From an uncultured bacterium (lineage in GTDB: Bacteria > Verrucomicrobiota > Verrucomicrobiia > Verrucomicrobiales > DEV007): a stretch of 64,000 nucleotides of DNA. This document shows, one piece after another, positions 61,201 through 64,000 of the stretch. A program made the translations under genes and the position numbers. Every line of letters begins with the position of its first letter. The first letter of the stretch is position 1. The DNA lies in NCBI GenBank assembly GCA_963977015.1, contig CAXBMO010000012.1, positions 32,001-96,000 on the forward strand, written 5' to 3'. A model generated the notes under the pieces. It saw only the letters and a program-made list of their open reading frames with translations. It was not told where the DNA came from and ran no database searches.

Positions 61201-64000
61201 AACCAGACCGTCAAGATCGCGCGAGGCGCGCGGGCCGGAGACGTTTACAAGTATATTGGGTCGAACATCACGGATGGCGATCCGTCCGAGGACGGAAACC
61301 AGGAAGTCGATCTCAGCCTGCAGAATTACCAGGACACCTCGCTCTGGGAGCAGATCAATTTGAGCAGTGCTCCAATGGAAGTGCTGGCTTACGTTGAGGA
61401 TTCCAGCATCGACGCAGAAGGCGATTTGACCCAGACGGCGACTTCCACCCAAAAAATCGACACCACGGTCTTTGCCGGATCGGCGGCGATTTCCGGTGGC
61501 GGTGTGGCCGGAGTCGGTTTGAGCGGCGCGGGCGCGAGCGCGGAGAACAAGATCGGCGCCAACGTGAAGGCCTACATCAGCGGGGTCGATCCCGCAGGTG
61601 CCGGAGCAAGCGGAATCGAAGCCGACAACGTGACCCTGACCGCGATCGACGGCTCGACGATCGAGGCAACGGTGGGCACGGCTTCGCTGGCGGCGGGGAT
61701 CGGCGGAATCGCTGGAGTTGCGGTTTCGGTCGGTGTTTCACTCGCGCTCAACGAGATCAGCAACGAGGTCGAAGCCTTCATTGAAGATGCGCAGAAAAAC
61801 GCGAACGAAGGGGTGACGGCGCGGGCCGGCGACATCAGCCTTTCCGCGACGGAGAACGCCACGATCGACGCGACGTCGGTGGCGGTTTCTGCGGCGGTGG
61901 GAGCCGGGTTTGTCGGAGTCGGCTTCAGCGCGGCGGGAGCGGACGCGATCAACGTCATCAACACGAAGACGAACAGCTACGCAGAGGACAGTCACCTGAT
62001 TGCCTTCCGGGATGTGATTTTGGATGCCGAGAACACGGCATCGATTGACGCAACGGTTCGTGGTGTTTCCGCGGCAGTGGGTGGGGGAGCCGTGGGGGTT
62101 GGCGTCGCCATTGGAACCGCCTTGGCGGAAAACTATCTGGGTTGGGGTGACGACGGTGACGATCCTTTGGCCGAGATTCAAAGTTTCATACATGATTCCA
62201 GCGTCTATGCCGGAAGGGACCTCACCTTGTCCGCCGACGCGGAAGCCACCATTAATGCTGAGGTCAATGTCGATTCCGTGGCCCTTGGAGGTGGCCTGGT
62301 GGGAGTGGCTGCGGCGGGAGCCGGTGCCGACGTCGATAACAAACTGTCGGCGGCCGTTCGTTCCTATATTGAAGGGAACCTGGGGCTCGGGATTTCCGCC
62401 GGAGACGAGATCACGTTAAGCGCGGTGGATGATTCGACGATCACCTCGTTTGCCCAGGCCTCTTCCATTGCCGGTTCCTTTGGAGCCTTTGGTGGATCGG
62501 CATCGATTGGCGTATCCCTGGCGGACAACACGATTCGCAACCAGGTGGAAGCCTACATTGAGGATGCGGAGATTGGCTCCCTGGAGAAAGATGTTGAATT
62601 CTTCGTCGGGGAGTTTGGGCTTTCGACGAGCGAATTCGATACGGTCACGGAAACGCATGGCCTTCTCACCGGGAATTTTGAGCTGGTGACGAGAGATTAT
62701 CTCGCCCTGATCAGCGATGAACTGGACTCGCTGGCGGAAGATTATGGTCTGTCCCAGGACGAGCAGAACCTCTTTGACATTACGGCGAGCAACTATGCCT
62801 TGTTTGGTCTTAGCGAAGAACAGTTTGACGATCTTGAAGCCAGTTTGGCGCTGATCGTCTCAAATCTGGGCCTGACCCAATCGGAGTTTGACGGCATTGT
62901 GGCGGAGTATGATGCCATTGTCGCACAGATCGACTTCCTCTCGGGCGACGTCAGCCTCAATGCAGGTGAAACCGCTACCATCACGTCGCGCTCTCAGGCA
63001 ACGGCGGTCGCGGGAAGCGTCAGTCTTGGCGTGACGTTAGCCGGAGGCGGGGCCAATTCATCGGCCACGGTGCTAACCGGAACCCGGGCCTACATTGATA
63101 ACAGCACCTTGGTGGCAGGTGGCGATTTGGATGTCGTGGCGACGACGGACTCGAGCTCCAGTTCCCGGGTGGAGACCACTTCAGCCAGCTTTGGATTGAT
63201 CGCGGCAGCCGCTTCCGGTTCCGTTGCGAATGCGACGGTCAATCCTGAGACGGAAGCCTACCTGAGTGACAGTGATATTACCGCGGAAGCGATCCAAGTA
63301 GCGGCCAACTCCACTCCGGAAGCCGTGACCAATGCGCGTGGTTTTACGGTGAGCACAGGTGTTTCGGTAGGAGTCTCCAAGGCCACCTCGACGGTCTCAT
63401 CCACCGTCAACAGTTACGTGGGGGGCGCTGGAAACACGATCACGGGGGATAGTCTCAGCATTCTTTCCACCAATTCTCTGCCTTCCTCCGGAACTTCGGC
63501 GAACGCGGAGGCGGTCGGATCAGCCGGTGGTCTACTTCTTGGAGTCGATGCCACGGTTTCCTCGGTGAGCAATTCCAGTCAGGTGCGCTCCTATGTCGTG
63601 AATGGAACCGACCTGGTCATTTCCGGGGCCACAGTCTTGCAGGCAAGCAATCAGACGAAGCAGTACGGCAACGCCAGCAGTGACGCCTATGGACTCATAG
63701 CCGCCGGAATCACCAAGGCAACGGCGACGGCCAATACCACCACGGAGGCTTACCTCGGTTCGGGCGTGGATTTGACGGGTGGAAGTCTTTCGATCGTCGC
63801 GACAAGTACGGACAACAATTACGCCGAAACCACGGCGGGAGCCGGTGGGGTGGTGTCAGGCGCTGCCGCTGAACCCAAGACCGTGAACAACGCCACGGTC
63901 ACCGCTGAGATTCGGGATGGTTCAGCGGGTCGCGAAATTGATCTGACGGGAAGTGGGACCGGTGAACTTGAGATCAGTGCGTCGCATACCGCGACCTTCA
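49207..64000 (+). CDS. Giant LEPR-xLL repeat surface protein (putative adhesin), 3'-truncated by the window, >4900 aa
   Basis: ATG 49207: MTDRKRF...RFEPLEPRLLFSAS. Frame read open wherever spot-checked up to 64000, and the ORF track has no closed ORF in this frame. Ala/Ser/Thr/Gly/Asp-rich beta-helix-like repeats (AYI..S.V.A.GDL.V.A). Confidence 0.93.
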   Translation, partial: MTDRKRFSLRQRLRNLKSRLKDGSEEDRVRFEPLEPRLLFSASPVPTEVEPEPSQEPPAVEIAPEGEAVSEDQIPENAPSEVPEEAAPDPVEETIPDSVAEATHFEIEGEAALEDLINLEGGEQGVPEKIVVYGSDETDDFLRIDLGQTDQILDLTYHGGAGGYDTMEITGVAIGSYTPGAVYGDGIITAGKSIFRFTGLEPVIIDGSGLADSSFTFTTPGGADDLVIDNPAEGQNRIRGLSGGTPFEEIIFSNVKNLTIDAASNDVAGDQDDSITFSGPLVATGLQTVTVQTGAGNDTITVQSDFVSANGNTVAVTLDAGDGEDTILGPSLDTVWTVNGRNAGEVAGIEFSNVENLTGAADNEDVFVFTESGSLSGVIAGGDRGFDTLELDGGTFDSVTFTAFSPDAGTVERDSDLITYVGLEPITDNTSTTDRVIGMSNDADTDAVLTGTATTMTLDGSTFEGITFLNPSSSLTIQGLDGEDTITINSFSSGFMGDLTIEAEHIVVSSAATINTAGNVTLRAAAQNSGSTVMSASVSVEGSITAAALEISAATDGSITLGSSTDLVATNTYAESATATISGGTINANSLVLSATTSTDYTATAFAAQNVITGAVTASIENSSSVTTSGAVSVSATDESFLTASAPERLIDVSGGLPASVEIAAARNSLTRDVTAYVSASTVTANNGDITVEATKSAKASAKAETIALSSGVPVVIPDSLSFGGTYSSNTLLGDTKAYVTLGSTLETTVAGDIAVSARDESAADSRSGASATAQTASVSLDGVGGSVGASIAFNAIGWDTGAGFMTLDALLGTGLGTESTNEVQAYVTDSDVDSADDVSISAEAATLINATVSNAAETTASSLFGSSGSATSAVVASNKISISSEAFIADQVDGGTTEVDAGGDLTVQATDNSGILSNARVVSSSITTSDGGADVLQGMMRDLLDADFEPVSAPTNVQAIAFGEKVRLADDFATPDFQSDAFGLQNVEAGDVVQLADDFDGSGTAGATYRYTGTTDDLDLGSEDYDTANWIGISGTNSSVYEYLGQDASLDLNGQRYTNLDTWKEVVGTNLIPQGFSLTESNSYAIGGLVVLNELTAEVEAYVSKASADAGGDFSITATENATIRATADSSASVTGGSAFGGGTAMAVNGTIATNLVLSSSNAYISEGEVTSGGDLSISASNTSVINAITKQSTSTGADGTGILLAFNTIGWEAQDVFTRTLDALLRTSIGTEDAAVTSAYIEKSDVDATGDLSVTATSEAQLTAKVSNDSTAAAGALFGADASTVTGVLASNMVNTEASATIDNDAANPAFEIGAGGGITVSASDDAEILANTGLKATASATNLGGTGILNDLASQLMGDYDYTSNSGSQNVEFGDLVRLAGGEGGTTDYAGGGEAGAIYEFMGTAALGTALNLGTTDYTNKRLWKKLNTDNVIPKDIAQTALRAAGLGIGEADALSGLISRNDVRSAVTATIQNATVNAADGDIQVLATEEASIDATDTSVIQAKTGKGGVIVTNLVLSSANASIVDSTINNTSTAGDVIVQAENSARIDATATSQVSGAKETVGFVVSMNTVGWEAQDLLTGTFDTLIGSPATATLFGLETPVEARAFVTDSTVTATGDLSVTATNEAQLNATTGNESSTSTTNSFAIDAKFGKKGMAAGGILASNKVSSGAYAYISETLSGTTVINVNGDVTVSSQDLAGVDSNSEVSVQSVTTNNLDALRDAAGILGLDDYQYTTGSGTQTVSDGLRVFVEDGYGGVSDGEGVYVYVGDDVELDLSTADYDEASGWSKMEQADFEDLLFPNLGNLTDSDSRAYGGMVVYNEVRSDVDAYIADATVTTQNGDVSVTATENAQLRAFAETNIQSSGGSFIGSGDSIARNIQIVTNAMLSSADAHISDSVITTAVSGDVIVDASNISGIDATILSSTTTGDETESLTVGFNTMGYLPLGILFNTVEALIGDPVVSDAFAQTPAEVKASITDSDVNAADDVTVTAEGAAQLNATVSNAATSEASALFNAEGKGYGGTLASNKVSTSTEAFIDNADAPGGYAIDAGKSVTVTAEDNAGMFANTKIVVASSTSNDGGAAVIQETINDVVPADYESDPDDTLTTKIRSLELGKRVRLADDYGTADLSMSGDPVAVSTGSVVQLPDDFAGDGSPGAKYRYVGSGDTVTLTDVDYDTDADWVEINGDAGSVYEYLGNEVIGANQDLNAQRYENLDIWKEVPISNLLPQGNNITPSNSRAVGGLIVANQVRGEANAYITDATVSAADGDITVSATENAEMIANVDNTATSSGGSAFGEGESLAINGTIATNVVLSSATAHITDSTVTASDADAGDGEALGNVTVSATQSSTLDAETMSMLSTGDTGYGFVLAFNSMGWNPQNVLFNTIDALLGDPLISDAFDGQTPAKAKAYITNSTINAAEEVEVSAVNVAQLDAEVGNESTSAASALFDASGKVVAGMLTSNKVSSGAEAYIDHASTRVISGGGLTVTADDNASIVSTNSLKALSSTSNDGGLSIAADLALSILGDYNYTSNSGTVTLQTGDEVRLSGGDGGTADYANGGNAGSVYRYTGDAASINLGTTNYSTGPWTELIDYAAIMQEFTDTVGEFVPLNVTSSDSEGYGGLVVMNDVRSDVVSYIESADVDVAGMLTVEARERSTIEATNNSTVTSDGGSITGEGSSIAVSGIIATNVVLSSAVAHIGNGADVVTTDGGDVVVEAENTSTLNSSVENITESKGTSVGVTLAFNTIGIESQNFLFNTVDTLFGTDIAEEDPAEVRAYIDNASVVAAGGIRIDTSAETDIDATTENSARSIVASLGENTTISIGAVVSLNKLSTLNQAYVDNSETIQANGGDITLSAEDISAIDSTVEATSIAVAAGVDSSTSVAVGLSVARNEIRNDLSAFIDNSGTVGTPVIASGGLSVSANQSATIDATSKATAVAVAASLSDSALGFSAGGATAVNVILGGGNAYVSNSFLQTAGAVGLSAIHTSSIDSKVAATAVSVALGSGNAPAIAIGFSLARNLIGWSDLDTSDPLEVLAYLENTTLTAGGGLTVTSSSTAMITSEIEATSVAVAGSAKSAAALTAAGLETTNKISSLIKAYIDGGAAVEAANITMSATDSSTITADAQAAAVGASLSGKSGGALSIGVSLARNTIENEVEAYIKDTGSVVTNGGNLELTASENADIEATSVAAAISVGIAAGGTGFALSGGGAESTNVILSRANAYLEGTVLGSSGNKVGDVTLTTSSNSAITATVAAVAASVTFGSSAGVGASIGASVARNTIGWRSSSIAATYDSHEDEPATLTTLDTVEITDGPRAGDVYRYLGPTKSGIIDLTTEDYSDGDVWERIGLNKSAAEIRSYVDDSTIFSAGDLTLDADSTQSIDATVLAGSAALAAGGRAGVALSGAFVSADNKIATDVKAFVDGDGTGGIEAASATLTADDASGISAFAGAASLAASVGGNAGVSVSIGLSIANNEVDNDVAAYIANAGDGFTTTAGDVSVQATSQGNHLFDLDLSGTSFSAADLDDASKADQDDPETGTDEFDVDATADTAILNAVRSEFSTEGVTLNGELKISALAEGNDTGNSGWVLVDEDGESYFLTKSGSTLSVSQSTINAVSAAASVAAGFGGTAGIAFSGAGAVATNVVLTKTNAYLDSSSVESFDDVIITAGSTSTISSTIVAASLAVGGGGSAGVGASIGVAVARNFIGYDGDGDKDAAQVRAYIADSSVDAGGNLTQTAVAGQSISALVLSGSVAVGAGGSAGVGISGSGVYAENRIGVDVKSFIDGDGAEGIKADIVSLSATDSSTISAFAGAASLAASFGGSAGVSFSVGVSLAKNTITSEIEAGILNADTGVESRTGGITLTADESATISVVSAAASLAAGFGGSVGLAVSGAGAESTNYIMSKTNAYLTDSILDSAGNVLLDAENSATINSFVLAASFSASVGGTAGIGASIGVAIARNLIGWDPDSSSITPTYTTDEDTATLATNQTVKIARGARAGDVYKYIGSNITDGDPSEDGNQEVDLSLQNYQDTSLWEQINLSSAPMEVLAYVEDSSIDAEGDLTQTATSTQKIDTTVFAGSAAISGGGVAGVGLSGAGASAENKIGANVKAYISGVDPAGAGASGIEADNVTLTAIDGSTIEATVGTASLAAGIGGIAGVAVSVGVSLALNEISNEVEAFIEDAQKNANEGVTARAGDISLSATENATIDATSVAVSAAVGAGFVGVGFSAAGADAINVINTKTNSYAEDSHLIAFRDVILDAENTASIDATVRGVSAAVGGGAVGVGVAIGTALAENYLGWGDDGDDPLAEIQSFIHDSSVYAGRDLTLSADAEATINAEVNVDSVALGGGLVGVAAAGAGADVDNKLSAAVRSYIEGNLGLGISAGDEITLSAVDDSTITSFAQASSIAGSFGAFGGSASIGVSLADNTIRNQVEAYIEDAEIGSLEKDVEFFVGEFGLSTSEFDTVTETHGLLTGNFELVTRDYLALISDELDSLAEDYGLSQDEQNLFDITASNYALFGLSEEQFDDLEASLALIVSNLGLTQSEFDGIVAEYDAIVAQIDFLSGDVSLNAGETATITSRSQATAVAGSVSLGVTLAGGGANSSATVLTGTRAYIDNSTLVAGGDLDVVATTDSSSSSRVETTSASFGLIAAAASGSVANATVNPETEAYLSDSDITAEAIQVAANSTPEAVTNARGFTVSTGVSVGVSKATSTVSSTVNSYVGGAGNTITGDSLSILSTNSLPSSGTSANAEAVGSAGGLLLGVDATVSSVSNSSQVRSYVVNGTDLVISGATVLQASNQTKQYGNASSDAYGLIAAGITKATATANTTTEAYLGSGVDLTGGSLSIVATSTDNNYAETTAGAGGVVSGAAAEPKTVNNATVTAEIRDGSAGREIDLTGSGTGELEISASHTATF

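Noticed and set aside
1-64000. CRISPR array, cas genes or rRNA
   Set aside because: No regularly spaced 23-47 bp repeats, cas-like ORFs or rRNA signatures seen

Overview
GC-rich bacterial chromosome segment. The gene content (planctomycete-type cytochrome c/DUF1549/DUF1553 plus DUF1501, Rhodopirellula/Verrucomicrobium-type ECF sigma, LEPR-xLL giant protein) points to the PVC superphylum, most likely Verrucomicrobiota; this is inference. 1-33.7 kb is mostly housekeeping (Nif3, PIN/TRAM, M20 deacylase, rlmN, truA, csp, SCO/DUF420, trpF, trpC). It also holds an ECF/anti-sigma/PDZ triad, a Trx/heme/PDZ protein, a ~1540-aa alpha/beta-hydrolase + multi-TM + WD40 fusion, a sialic-acid (nan) cluster with a NanM-like Kelch domain fused to an SSS transporter, an HNH two-gene cassette and a 1958-aa TPR protein. 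A tRNA-Gly(GCC) at 33760 is followed by a decayed ~7-kb accessory island. The island contains a BREX-2 pglX-like 5' relic, an Abi-like membrane protein, parA/partner pseudogenes, a TA pair with a broken toxin, a sialidase-like gene with an orphan duplicate of its 3' end, a NERD protein and a REP-like palindrome. Next come an SDR and an ECF-FecR-DUF1553-DUF1501 cluster. From 49207 to the window end runs one open reading frame of >4900 codons that is absent from the ORF track: a LEPR-xLL giant repeat protein carrying a small repeated module, twice nested inside itself. All family calls come from motifs recognised by eye; no searches were run.
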